Source: an uncultured Brachymonas sp. (GTDB lineage: Bacteria; Pseudomonadota; Gammaproteobacteria; Burkholderiales; Burkholderiaceae_C). From it: a stretch of DNA of 63,999 nt. The notes beneath the pieces were generated by a model that saw only the letters and a program-made list of their open reading frames with translations, was not told the origin of the DNA and searched no databases. A program made the position numbers and the translations under genes. Location of the stretch: contig CAYUAF010000001.1 in the NCBI GenBank assembly GCA_964442555.1, positions 1 through 63,999 on the forward strand, read 5' to 3'. Shown here piece by piece: positions 1 through 13,498 of the stretch. Every line of letters begins with the position of its first letter. The stretch's first letter is position 1.

Positions 1-53
1 AAGTCGGCAGTCTCCTGCCAAAAGTCCGTTTACACAAAATTCTGCACACCCTC
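1..53 (-). mobile_element. Terminal inverted repeat (probably left end) of an IS256-family element extending off the window
   Basis: The reverse complement reads GAGGGTGTGCAGAATTTTGTGTAAACGG..., matching the GAG-n-TGT...ATT-TGTGTAA pattern of IS256-family ends. It is followed by an AGGAG RBS-like motif pointing out of the window. The transposase is not visible. Confidence 0.6.
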
Positions 54-322
54 AGACCAAGCTCATCGGTCAGGCCAAGCTCGCGGGCCAGGCGCTGCTG
101 TGCTTTGCCACCTACAACTGGGGTAGCGCCTTGGGGCAATCGGCGGCTGGTGGGACGCGCATCATGCGTGAGCCATGGGATACGTGCGCCCGAAATGGGC
201 GAGATGGCCTGCAAACAGGCCAGATTGGCCGGTGCAATCGCTGCGTAGGCGCGTCTGGGCGACTTGCTTCTTCGAAATTCACGACCCTGGCGCGTTCGAT
301 GAGCATTTTTTCAACGGCCTGT
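53..322 (+). pseudogene. 3' remnant of an IS5/IS1182-like DDE transposase plus right IR
   Basis: 53-171 translates as QTKLIGQAKLAGQALLCFATYN, a frameshift, then RLGAIGGWWDAHHA*, resembling an IS5-type C-terminus (..AYNLVR..). It ends in TTTTTCAACGGCCTGT|TA, a typical IR of this group. The 5' part is cut off by the IS256 end. Confidence 0.65.
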
Positions 323-324
323 TA

Positions 325-363
325 GGGCATGTTCGCACTTCCAAAAAAAGGGTGAACAGACTC
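325..363. mobile_element. 39-bp mini-MITE (family A minimal form), copy 1, degenerate
   Basis: GGGCATGTTCGCACTTCCAAAAAAAGGGTGAACAGACTC; same length as and colinear with 20121-20159 and 30612-30650. Confidence 0.75.
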
Positions 364-460
364 CAGCCTTGCGCTGGATGGTTGCGTGGTTTGAGGGAAG
401 CAGAAGAACGCGCCGAACTTGCCTGAACGGCCCATGCGGTAGTGCGGCAGCATACGGTGT

Positions 461-510
461 ATGGCGATGGCGATGGCGATGGCGAGGCGGTGCGGCAACG
501 GCAACGGCAA
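461..510. repeat. Simple hexamer repeats (ATGGCG)x4 and (CGGCAA)x3
   Basis: Read directly at 461-484 and 493-510. Confidence 0.85.
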
Positions 511-527
511 TTGTCGGTCGTTAATCG

Positions 528-4916
<4,389 letters not shown>

Positions 4917-5083
4917 GTTGGCGGGGCGAGGCAGGCGTGCATTGTGTCACGAAGCTGCGGCGGCAGATATGGCGGCAGATATGGCGGCATGCATGGGCAC
5001 GCCGGGCCATGAAAAAAGTGCAGGCGGACAAACCGCCCGCACTGTGCGAATCGGCATGGGCTGCCTGCCTTGGTTCCTGTTTG

Positions 5084-5269
5084 GAGCCTGTTCAAAGCCT
5101 CTGCGCGGCGTGCAATCAAGCGAATTGGGGCGGTCGCCTGCCGCGTTGCAATTACGCGCTGCGGGCTATTGGGATATTGGGCTATTGCCTGCGTGTTGCG
5201 CCTGGCAGCCCATTCCAAACCGCGTCAAACCGTGTTGTGCCCACTCGCGCCGAGCCTTTGAGCTGGTTC
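5084..5269. mobile_element. MITE family B, degenerate copy abutting the lldD stop codon
   Basis: GAGCCTGTTCAAA...ACTCGCGCCGAGCCTTTGAGCTGGTTC; colinear with 43102-43262 (ATCAAGCG, GCGTTGCAA, TTGCGCCT, CAAACCGC, ACTCGCGCCGAG blocks). Confidence 0.7.
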
Positions 5270-6412
5270 TTAGCGGTTGGGCACCAGCGATTGGGGGGTG
5301 ATGTCGGCAATCGTGCGCGTGCCGGTTAGCGTCATGGCTACGCGCATTTCTTTTTCGATCAGGGTCAGCAGGTTTTCCACACCGGCTTCGCCAGCGGCGG
5401 CCAGGGCGTAGATGTAGGCACGGCCCAGCATGGTGCAGTCTGCGCCCAGCGCCAGCATGCGCACCACGTCCAGCCCGGTGCGGATGCCACCGTCTACCAG
5501 AATCTTGGTCTGGCCTTTTACGGCATCGGCAATGGCGGGCAGCGCGCGGGCGGAAGACAGCACGCCGTCCAGCTGGCGGCCACCGTGGTTGGAGACGATG
5601 ATGCCATCGGCGCCAAAGCGCACGGCGTCGCGGGCGTCTTCGGGGTCGAGAATGCCTTTGATGACCATGGGGCCGGTCCAGAATTCGCGAATCCACTCCA
5701 GGTCTTTCCAGCAGATGGAGGGGTCGAAGTTGGCGGTGAGGTAGCCGATGTAATCTTCCAGCCCCACGACTTGTTTGCGGTAGGTGGAGATGTTGCCCAA
5801 ATCGTGCGGCTTGCCGTTTACGCCCACATCCCACGCCCACTGCGGATGCAGCACGGATTGCATATAGCGGCGCATGGCGGCGTTGGGGCCGCTCATGCCC
5901 GAATGGGCGTCGCGGTAGCGTGCGCCGGGCACGGGCATGTCTACCGTAAAGACCAGTGTGCTGCAACCCGCATCGCGCGCGCGCTCCAGCACATTGGTCA
6001 TGAAGCCGCGGTCTTTGAGCACATACAGCTGAAACCACATCGGGCGCTGAATGGTGGGCACAACCTCTTCAATGGGGCATACCGATACGCTGGACATGGT
6101 GAAGGGGATGCCCTTGCGATCGGCCGCGCGGGCGGCTTGCACTTCGCCGCGGCGCGCGTACATGCCGGTCAGGCCCACGGGCGCAAGCGCCACGGGCATG
6201 GAGAGTTGCTCGCCGAACAGATCAATGCCCAGCTCCAGATTGCTCATGTCGCGTTGCAGAACGCGCTGGCGCAGGGCTACTTCGGACAAATCCTCCACAT
6301 TGCGGCGCAATGTGTATTCGGCATACGCGCCGCCGTCGATGTAGTGGAACAGAAAGGGCGGCAGGCGGCGTCTGGCTGCTTCGCGGTAATCGGTGGTAGA
6401 TGAAATGATCAT
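5270..6412 (-). CDS. lldD: FMN-dependent L-lactate dehydrogenase
   Basis: [30 protein letters not shown] start, [16 protein letters not shown]; AAGGAG RBS upstream of ATG 6412. Confidence 0.96.
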   Translation of the reverse strand: MIISSTTDYREAARRRLPPFLFHYIDGGAYAEYTLRRNVEDLSEVALRQRVLQRDMSNLELGIDLFGEQLSMPVALAPVGLTGMYARRGEVQAARAADRKGIPFTMSSVSVCPIEEVVPTIQRPMWFQLYVLKDRGFMTNVLERARDAGCSTLVFTVDMPVPGARYRDAHSGMSGPNAAMRRYMQSVLHPQWAWDVGVNGKPHDLGNISTYRKQVVGLEDYIGYLTANFDPSICWKDLEWIREFWTGPMVIKGILDPEDARDAVRFGADGIIVSNHGGRQLDGVLSSARALPAIADAVKGQTKILVDGGIRTGLDVVRMLALGADCTMLGRAYIYALAAAGEAGVENLLTLIEKEMRVAMTLTGTRTIADITPQSLVPNR

Positions 6413-6435
6413 TTGCAAGCTCCTTGTTTACCCAT

Positions 6436-8112
6436 TTAGTTCGGAATCATCCACGGCAGCACATAGGCCTGTACCGTTGTCATTACGCCGATGATGACGG
6501 CAAAAATCAGGCTGTGCTTGACGGTAAAGCGAAACAGGTCGGACTCTTTGCCCGCCAGCCCTACGGCAGCGCAGGCAATGGCAATCGACTGTGGCGAAAT
6601 CATCTTGCCCGTTACGCCGCCGGTGGTGTTGGCGGCAACTGTCAGCACGGCAGGCAAATCCAGCTGCTGCGCCGTGGTGGCCTGCAAAGCGCCAAAGAGT
6701 GCGTTGGCCGAGGTGTCGGAGCCGGTGAGGAAAACGCCAATCCAGCCCAAAAACGGCGAAAAGAAGGTAAACGCCTTGCCCGTGTGCGCCAGCGCCAGCG
6801 CCAGCGTGGCAGACAGCCCCGAATAGTTGGCGATAAAGGCAAAAGCCAGCACCATGCCGATGGAGTAGATGGGCAGCGCCAGCTCCTTGAGCGTTTCGGC
6901 CGCCGTGGCTACGGCCTGGGCGGGCTTGAGGCGCAAAAAGAGGATGCTGATGATGGCCGCCAGCAAAATGGCCGTACCGGTGGCCGAGAACCAGTTGAAG
7001 GCATACACCGCGCCATACGGTTCGGGGCTTGCCACAACGGGCGGGGCCTTTTGCACCAGGTTGTGCAGCATGGGAATGGGGATATTGATCACCCAGGAAG
7101 CCAGCGCGCCGCCTTTAGCAAACAGCGCCTTGAAGGGCTTGAGGCTCCAAATGGTGACCATGGCCGTCAGGATGATGAAGGGCGACCAGGCCTTGATGAT
7201 GGCGCCTGCGCTCAGTTGAACGGGCGATGCGGGCTGCTGCGTGGTGGTGGCTGCCTGGGCGCTGTCGCCTTCGTGCTCGAAGCGGAAGATGCGCTTGGGC
7301 TGCCATTTTTTCAGGAACAGCGTCAGCACAATCAGCGAGGCCAGGGCGGAAGTAATGTCGGGCAGCTCGGGGCCGACGTAATTGGCCGTTAGGAATTGCA
7401 CAATGGCAAACGTGCCGCCGCCTACCAGCACGGCAGGCCAGGTCTCTTTCACGCCGCGCCAGCCGTCCATAATGGCCATCAGCCAAAACAGCACGATCAC
7501 GGTCATGAAAGGCAACTGCCGCGCCGCCATTTGGCTAATCGCCATGGCCTCCACGCCGGATACCTGCCCGGCCACGATCACCGGAATGCCCATTGCGCCA
7601 AAGGCCACGGGCGCCGTATTGCCGATCAGACACAACCCGGCGGCGTACAACGGCTTGAAGCCCAAGCCCACCAGCAAGGCTGCGGTAATGGCTACGGGCG
7701 CGCCAAAGCCTGCCGCCCCTTCCAGAAAGGCGCCGAAGCAAAAGCCCACCAGAATCAGTTGCAGGCGCTGGTCGGGCGTGATGGACAGGATGGACGAGCG
7801 GATGATGTCGAACTGCCCCGTTTTGACCGACACTTTGTACAAAAACACGGCGGCCACAATGATCCAGGCAATCGGCCACAGGCCGTACAAAAAGCCGTAT
7901 GCCGCCGATGCCAGCGCAGCCGAAAGCGGCATGCCGTAAAACAGCAGGGCAACGGCCAGCGTTAGCAGCACGGTAATGCTGCCGGCCACATAGCCTTTCA
8001 TGCGCAGTTTGGTCAGCGCCAGAAAGAAAAAGATGATGGGAATGGAGGCGATCAAGGCCGAGAGCCAGATATTGCCCGCTGGGTCATAGTTTTGCTGCCA
8101 GACGGATTGCAT
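6436..8112 (-). CDS. lldP: L-lactate permease
   Basis: [15 protein letters not shown]-terminus, [27 protein letters not shown]; polytopic membrane protein directly upstream of lldD. Confidence 0.95.
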   Translation of the reverse strand: MQSVWQQNYDPAGNIWLSALIASIPIIFFFLALTKLRMKGYVAGSITVLLTLAVALLFYGMPLSAALASAAYGFLYGLWPIAWIIVAAVFLYKVSVKTGQFDIIRSSILSITPDQRLQLILVGFCFGAFLEGAAGFGAPVAITAALLVGLGFKPLYAAGLCLIGNTAPVAFGAMGIPVIVAGQVSGVEAMAISQMAARQLPFMTVIVLFWLMAIMDGWRGVKETWPAVLVGGGTFAIVQFLTANYVGPELPDITSALASLIVLTLFLKKWQPKRIFRFEHEGDSAQAATTTQQPASPVQLSAGAIIKAWSPFIILTAMVTIWSLKPFKALFAKGGALASWVINIPIPMLHNLVQKAPPVVASPEPYGAVYAFNWFSATGTAILLAAIISILFLRLKPAQAVATAAETLKELALPIYSIGMVLAFAFIANYSGLSATLALALAHTGKAFTFFSPFLGWIGVFLTGSDTSANALFGALQATTAQQLDLPAVLTVAANTTGGVTGKMISPQSIAIACAAVGLAGKESDLFRFTVKHSLIFAVIIGVMTTVQAYVLPWMIPN

Positions 8113-8363
8113 GAACCGGTTTCCTGATGATGAAAATGCCAAAAACAGCCCGATGGCATTTTTTCAGCCAAGGGCTTGCGTGATTGAAAACTTGTGATTG
8201 CGCGAACGGCTGCAAACGGCATCATGCAAAACGTCATGCTTTTTAACGCTTGAGATGCGCAACGGGCACAGGCTTGAATGTGCTGTCCGTTGCAGTGCAT
8301 GCGACAAGAAAATGCGCTTGCCCACCCCTTTCACAGCGCGGGCATCATTATAGATAGAGGCTG

Positions 8364-10694
8364 TTAGCCGCCTTGCGGGGCCGAAGCGTGCGCAGCCACT
8401 GGCCGCGCCTGCGCAAGCGGGGGCAGGCGGCGCAGTTCGGACTTGAGTTGCCTGATTTGCCCGAGCGGCTGGTGTGGCTGGTGCGGCTGGTGCGGCTGGT
8501 GCGGCTTGCCTGCCGACCGGCTGCCAGGCGTGGCGGGGGCGGAAGATGCCGTGGAAGATGCTGCCGTGGGAGATGCCTGGGAGGCGGATGGCGCATAGCG
8601 CACGGCTTCCATGCCCAATAGCCAATTGCGCCAGGCGGCCAAGGCGGGCGGTTCGGCCTGTGTGGTGATCGTGTTTGCTATGGCGGCAGCGGCAGTGTGT
8701 TGCTCCAGCAGTTGCAACAGTTGCCGGGGCGTTAGCGCCGGGCTTTCGGGCACAGGCACGCCCATTTTTTGCAGGCGCGTGCGGGCCTGTTGCAGCAGGC
8801 GCAGCCAGGGGTCGTGCTGGCGTTTTTCGCGCCATGCCCACAGGCTGCCCAGCAAGGCCAGCCCGGCCAGGGCAAATGCCAGTAGCCGCGCCAGCGTCGT
8901 CCAGCTCACATCGCTAAAGCCCAGGCTGCGCAGCAGGTCGAACTGCCGGTCTTGCGTGTAGTTGAGTACCCAGCTGTTCCAGCGGGTGTTGGTGGCGTCC
9001 CACACATTGCGCAGGCTTTGCAGGCTGCGTTGCAACACGCCGGCCAGGCCGGGGCTGACTGTTTCAATGGCCGTGCCCACTGCGCCGCGTGATTGCAGGC
9101 GGGCAAGGTCTTCTACCCGGCTGGGCGATACCGAGGCCGTGGGGTCGATGCGCACCCAGCCCCGGCCTTCGAGCCAGACTTCCGCCCAGGCATGGGCGTC
9201 GCTTTGGCGCACGGTCCACATGCCGTCCATGGGGTTAAGTTCGCCGCCCTGGTAGCCGGTCACGATGCGGGCGGGAATGCGCATATTGCGCATCAGTACC
9301 ACGAATGCGTTGGCAATGTGCTCGCAAAAGCCTTCTTTGCTGTCAAACCAGAAAGTGTCGGCCGCGTGCTCGCCCGTGAGGCCCGGTGCCAGGGTATAGC
9401 GGTAGTCGCCGTGGCGCAAGGCGTAGAGCACGGCCTGTATCTGTTCTGCGGGGGTGCTGTTGGCCAGTTTGGGGTCGTTGAGAAAGCGCTGCGCCAGCTC
9501 GCGCGTGCGTGGATTCAGCCCTGGCGGCAAGGCCAGATAGGGGCGCAGATAAGGGGTCGGAATGGATGCATCGGCATGGTAGTTGAGCCGGCTGCTGGCC
9601 TGGTAGCGCAGCACATCGGTAATGGGGCGGTGGCTGGTCCATTCCATGGATGCCATTTGCAAAGCGCGCCAGCCTGCGGGCAGGGTGGGTTGCTCTACGG
9701 CAATATCCAGCGTCAGCAGCCATTGCATGTGATGCGGTTGCAGCAGCACCTCGTAGCGCACGGTGTCGGCTGCGGAGCCAGCTTCGGGGTTGGCTTCGGG
9801 GCCGGTTGGCGCGTGTTGCGCCTGCCGGTTGGCGGGCATTCTGGGAAAGCTGCTGCCCGTCCACTTTTGCCCGTCCAGCCTGCCCAGCACCGGGCCGCGG
9901 TAGTACATGGCCGAGCGCGGGGGCGCTTCGCCCGCAAACCGCACGCGAAAGGCAATACTGTCGTCTTGCGCCAGCTCGGCGATATTGCCCACGGTCATGT
10001 CGTTGCTCAGGCCGGTTTTGGCCTTGTCGTTGCCAGGCAGGCCCCACAGCGGCGCAAAGCGCGGAAACAACACGAACAGCGCCAGCATGATGGGCGCGCC
10101 CAGCAAGGCCATGCGCAGGGCGGTGCCCAAGGCCTTGCGCAGGGGCGGGTAGCTGGCGGGCATGTGCGCATTGACCAGCGCAGTGAGCAAAGCCAGCACG
10201 CCTGCCAGAATGCCCACGGCAGTGAGCAGCGATTGCGAAAACAGAAAATGGCTCAGCAGCGTAAAAAAGCCGAGAAAGAAGATGACGAAAGCGTCTCGCT
10301 GGGCTTTGAGCTCCAGCGTTTTGAGCGCCAGCAGCAGCAAAATCAGCGCGCTGCCTGCTTCGCGCCCGAAAATGGTGCGGAACTGCGAAGCCGTTATGCC
10401 AATGGCCAGCACCAGCAAGCCGATGCGCACCCAGCGGGTGGGCAGGGGTTTTTGCCGCATAGTTAGCCACGCCCGCCATGCCAGCAAGCCCAGGCAAAAG
10501 CCGCTAATCAGCCCAGGCATGTGCGGCATTTGCATCAGCACCACCCAGCCTACAACGGCCAGCAGGAACAGGGTGTCGCGGCTTTCGCGGGTGGGCTGCC
10601 AAGCCTTGAACCAGCGATTTCCGGCCCGGCTATGGGCGGATGCGGGCGCGGCGTGGGCAGACGATGCGCGGGATGAGGATGCAGGCTGCTTCAT
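8364..10694 (-). CDS. tgpA: Membrane transglutaminase-like protein (DUF3488 + TGc domain, TgpA family)
   Basis: N-terminal TM segments; Cys-His-Asp motifs GFCEHIA, DAHAWAEVW, RIDPT; ATG 10694 overlaps the DUF58 stop (ATGA). Confidence 0.88.
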   Translation of the reverse strand: MKQPASSSRASSAHAAPASAHSRAGNRWFKAWQPTRESRDTLFLLAVVGWVVLMQMPHMPGLISGFCLGLLAWRAWLTMRQKPLPTRWVRIGLLVLAIGITASQFRTIFGREAGSALILLLLALKTLELKAQRDAFVIFFLGFFTLLSHFLFSQSLLTAVGILAGVLALLTALVNAHMPASYPPLRKALGTALRMALLGAPIMLALFVLFPRFAPLWGLPGNDKAKTGLSNDMTVGNIAELAQDDSIAFRVRFAGEAPPRSAMYYRGPVLGRLDGQKWTGSSFPRMPANRQAQHAPTGPEANPEAGSAADTVRYEVLLQPHHMQWLLTLDIAVEQPTLPAGWRALQMASMEWTSHRPITDVLRYQASSRLNYHADASIPTPYLRPYLALPPGLNPRTRELAQRFLNDPKLANSTPAEQIQAVLYALRHGDYRYTLAPGLTGEHAADTFWFDSKEGFCEHIANAFVVLMRNMRIPARIVTGYQGGELNPMDGMWTVRQSDAHAWAEVWLEGRGWVRIDPTASVSPSRVEDLARLQSRGAVGTAIETVSPGLAGVLQRSLQSLRNVWDATNTRWNSWVLNYTQDRQFDLLRSLGFSDVSWTTLARLLAFALAGLALLGSLWAWREKRQHDPWLRLLQQARTRLQKMGVPVPESPALTPRQLLQLLEQHTAAAAIANTITTQAEPPALAAWRNWLLGMEAVRYAPSASQASPTAASSTASSAPATPGSRSAGKPHQPHQPHQPHQPLGQIRQLKSELRRLPPLAQARPVAAHASAPQGG
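8465..8506. repeat. 9-bp coding tandem repeat encoding PHQ repeats in the TgpA tail
   Basis: (GCGGCTGGT)-like unit about 4.7 times; the protein reads KPHQPHQPHQPHQP. Confidence 0.85.
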
Positions 10695-11824
10695 GGCGTT
10701 TTCCCTGCGGGGGCGGAGGCCGGTTTTGCCAAGCCCCATTCGGCCAGTGCTTGCAGGCAGCGCTGGGCGTGGGCTGCGCCTGCGTCCGGCCCCAGTGTGG
10801 TAGCGGCCTGGTGGGCCGTGGCGGGCAGGTGCAAGCCAAAGCGCATGTCTTGCGCGCTGGCTTGCTGCACCCAGGCGCACAGGCGGCTCAAGGCGGCTTC
10901 GTGGCCGCGCTGTGGGTCGGCAGCGTCAAAGTGCAGCCACAAATCGTTGCTGAAAGGTTGGTTGTTCTCGCGAATGATCAGCTCGCCCGTTTGCGCGGCC
11001 TTTTTCCAGACAATACTGCGCAGGGCATCGCCGCGCTGGTAGGGGCGGATGTCTTCGGGCAGGTCGTCAGAGCGTTTGCCTGTTGCCGGTTGCAGCGGCA
11101 TGCTTTCATTCACCGGCAAGGGGCTGCCGTATTGCAGGGGCAGGGGCGGTGCGGGCGTTTCGGGCGCAGGGTACAGCAGCACACAAGAGGCTGTGCGCCA
11201 AATGCTCCAGACCCGAAAGATGCCCATGGGAAAGCGGGTTTCGATATGGATGGTGGGCAAGGCGTGCCAGCCCCGCCGGCTGTTACTCCAGGCCAGTTGC
11301 ACAGTCTGGCCGGATTGTGCCGAGCAGTCGCACCAGATCATGGCCGGTGCGCCAGTGGCAGCCGGGGCGCTTGCGGGCGCCGCGTTCACATCTGCCAAGC
11401 CTATCTCCGCCAAACGCAGCCCCACGCCCAGGCGCTGGCGCTTGCCGGGGTTGTGGAGATGAATGTCCAGCAGCACCGGCTGGTTGGCAAACTGCGGCGC
11501 GGGCGGGCGTATGTGCAGTTGCAGGCCGCGCAGGGTGTTGTGCGTCATGGGCACGCTGATGAAGGCGCAGCCCGCAATCAGAAACGTGAGCAAATAACCG
11601 AGGTTGAGCTGGTAGTTGATGGAGGCAATCAGCAACGCCAGCAAGGTTGCCAGCAGCAGCCAGCCCGCGCCTGTGGGCAGGATGTAGAGGTTGCGTTGTT
11701 GCAGCTGCGTGTGGTCGCTTTGGGGCAGGCGCGCCCAAAACCAGCGTTGCAGCCGTTGGCGCCAGCTTCGGCTACGCACGCTGGCCGGGGGTGTGGGGGT
11801 GGGTGTACCAGAGGGTGGCGGCAC
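10691..11824 (-). CDS. DUF58 domain protein
   Basis: NLYILPT, SINYQLNLGYLLTF, RPYQRGDALRSIVWKKAA; lies between moxR and tgpA. Start uncertain. Confidence 0.88.
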   Translation of the reverse strand: MPPPSGTPTPTPPASVRSRSWRQRLQRWFWARLPQSDHTQLQQRNLYILPTGAGWLLLATLLALLIASINYQLNLGYLLTFLIAGCAFISVPMTHNTLRGLQLHIRPPAPQFANQPVLLDIHLHNPGKRQRLGVGLRLAEIGLADVNAAPASAPAATGAPAMIWCDCSAQSGQTVQLAWSNSRRGWHALPTIHIETRFPMGIFRVWSIWRTASCVLLYPAPETPAPPLPLQYGSPLPVNESMPLQPATGKRSDDLPEDIRPYQRGDALRSIVWKKAAQTGELIIRENNQPFSNDLWLHFDAADPQRGHEAALSRLCAWVQQASAQDMRFGLHLPATAHQAATTLGPDAGAAHAQRCLQALAEWGLAKPASAPAGKTP

Positions 11825-11916
11825 GGTGGCAATCTTTGCTTGAATTTTTGCTTATCAACAAGAGGAACAGCAAGGCGAATGGCGAATGATGGCTGGCGAT
11901 TGGCCCTGTGCCCCTT

Positions 11917-12930
11917 TTATGCCAGGGGCACGGCGTCGATCATGGCGCGTACCTGCTCAATGGCGCCACGGCCTGCATGGCTAACCGGCACCAGCCTGTG
12001 GGCGGCGGTGGCCGGCAGAATGGTTTGAATGTCGTCCGGCACGACGTAATCGCGCCCTTCCAGCAGGGCGCGGGCCTTGGCGGCACGCAAAATGCCCAGA
12101 CCCGCACGGGGGCTTAGGCCCTGCACGAACCATTGGCCGCTGCGTGTGGCGGCCAGCAGGTCTTGCAGGTAGTTGATCAGATTGCTTGCCGCGTGGATGC
12201 TTTGCACCTGCGCCTGCAATTGCAACAGGTGAATGGCATGCATGATGGGCGGCAGCTCTTTGAGCAAATCGCGCTGCGGGGTGCCGGCCAGCAGGGCGTG
12301 CTCGGCCTCGCGGCCAGGGTAGCCCAGGCTGATGCGCATCAAGAAGCGGTCTAGCTGCGACTCGGGCAAGGGTTGGGTGCCGCGCTGCTCTAGCGGGTTT
12401 TGGGTGGCGATAACGAAAAAGGGCTGGGGCAGGGCGTGGCTGCGACCTTCGATGCTGACCTGGCGCTCTTCCATCGCCTCCAGCAAGGCGCTTTGCGTTT
12501 TGGGGCTGGCGCGGTTGATTTCATCGGCCAGCAGTACTTGCGAAAAGACCGGGCCGGGATGAAAAACAAATTGCTCCGTGCTGCGCTCGTAAACGGAAAC
12601 GCCCGTCAGGTCGCTGGGCATCAGGTCTGCCGTGAACTGCACCCGCGCAAACTCCAGCCCCATGCTGTGCGCCAAGGCGTGCGCCAGCGTGGTTTTGCCT
12701 ACGCCGGGCACGTCTTCAATCAGCAAATGGCCGCCTGCCAGCAGGCAGGTTACGGCATGCGTAACCACTTCGGGCTTGCCCAGAATGATCTGGTTGAGCT
12801 GTTGCAGCAAGGCGGGCAGCAACTGCCGCGTATCTTCGGCAGACAGGCTGGCGTCCATGTCGGCGGCCAATGCAGGCGCGGCATGGGTGGCCGCAGGGTG
12901 CGTGTTTTTTGGGGGGAGATCGGATTGCAT
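11917..12930 (-). CDS. moxR: MoxR-family AAA+ ATPase
   Basis: LLIEDVPGVGKT, LLADEINRASPKTQSALLEAM, LPESQLDRF. Confidence 0.93.
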   Translation of the reverse strand: MQSDLPPKNTHPAATHAAPALAADMDASLSAEDTRQLLPALLQQLNQIILGKPEVVTHAVTCLLAGGHLLIEDVPGVGKTTLAHALAHSMGLEFARVQFTADLMPSDLTGVSVYERSTEQFVFHPGPVFSQVLLADEINRASPKTQSALLEAMEERQVSIEGRSHALPQPFFVIATQNPLEQRGTQPLPESQLDRFLMRISLGYPGREAEHALLAGTPQRDLLKELPPIMHAIHLLQLQAQVQSIHAASNLINYLQDLLAATRSGQWFVQGLSPRAGLGILRAAKARALLEGRDYVVPDDIQTILPATAAHRLVPVSHAGRGAIEQVRAMIDAVPLA

Positions 12931-12936
12931 CACCGC

Positions 12937-12942
12937 ATTATG
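12937..12942 (-). promoter_or_regulatory. Candidate -10 box (CATAAT) 6 nt before the moxR ATG, possibly leaderless
   Basis: Minus strand reads CATAAT-GCGGTG-ATG with no SD in between. Confidence 0.4.
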
Positions 12943-12980
12943 CAGACATAATCAAAGCCATTGATATTTCGTAGCATTTA

Positions 12981-13247
12981 GGGTCTGTTCACCCGATTTT
13001 TGGAGAATGCGTTGCGATCAAAAAGGTTAGTCGCCGAGGCGCCAGCCGCAGCCAAGGTGCTATCCCTTGGCAAGGCGGGCAACGACGGCGAGTAGTTTTT
13101 TGATCACAACCCGAAGGGAACATGCCCACAAAACCGCCACTCGTTGTTGCGCTCCTTGCGCAGACACCCGGTCTGCGCATCGTCACACGCCTAGAATAGC
13201 GGCTTTGTGAGTATGTTCGCACCTCCAAAAATCGGGTGAACAGGCCC
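12981..13247 (+). mobile_element. MITE family A, copy 1 (267 bp, two-armed)
   Basis: 25-bp TIRs GGGTCTGTTCACCCGATTTTTGGAG / CTCCAAAAATCGGGTGAACAGGCCC (1 mismatch); TA on both flanks; no transposase; colinear with two other copies. Confidence 0.9.
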
Positions 13248-13498
13248 TAGGCAGTGCGCACAGCCGGGTTTTGCCCGGCAGCCAGCCGCCCAAGTGGATG
13301 CCTGCGGAAGCGCCTGCCGTGCTGGCCGCGGCAAACCGGCTGCGCTGTGTCATGAACAAGGCGGTGCAGGTTGATGGGCGGGCATGTGGCGGGCAAGCCG
13401 TTGCATCCGCAATACTCTTGCGCCTTGCCGGACATGCGGCCAGGATGTTATATGCACGAACAGACGTACAAGACGTACAAGGAAGCGATACGACAACC

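Noticed and set aside
12989-13228. Small ORFs inside family A elements (12989-13228, 16445-16711, 55835-56083), some with similar translations
   Set aside because: The similarity comes from the repeat itself. Frames, starts and stops are not conserved between copies and there are no transposase motifs.
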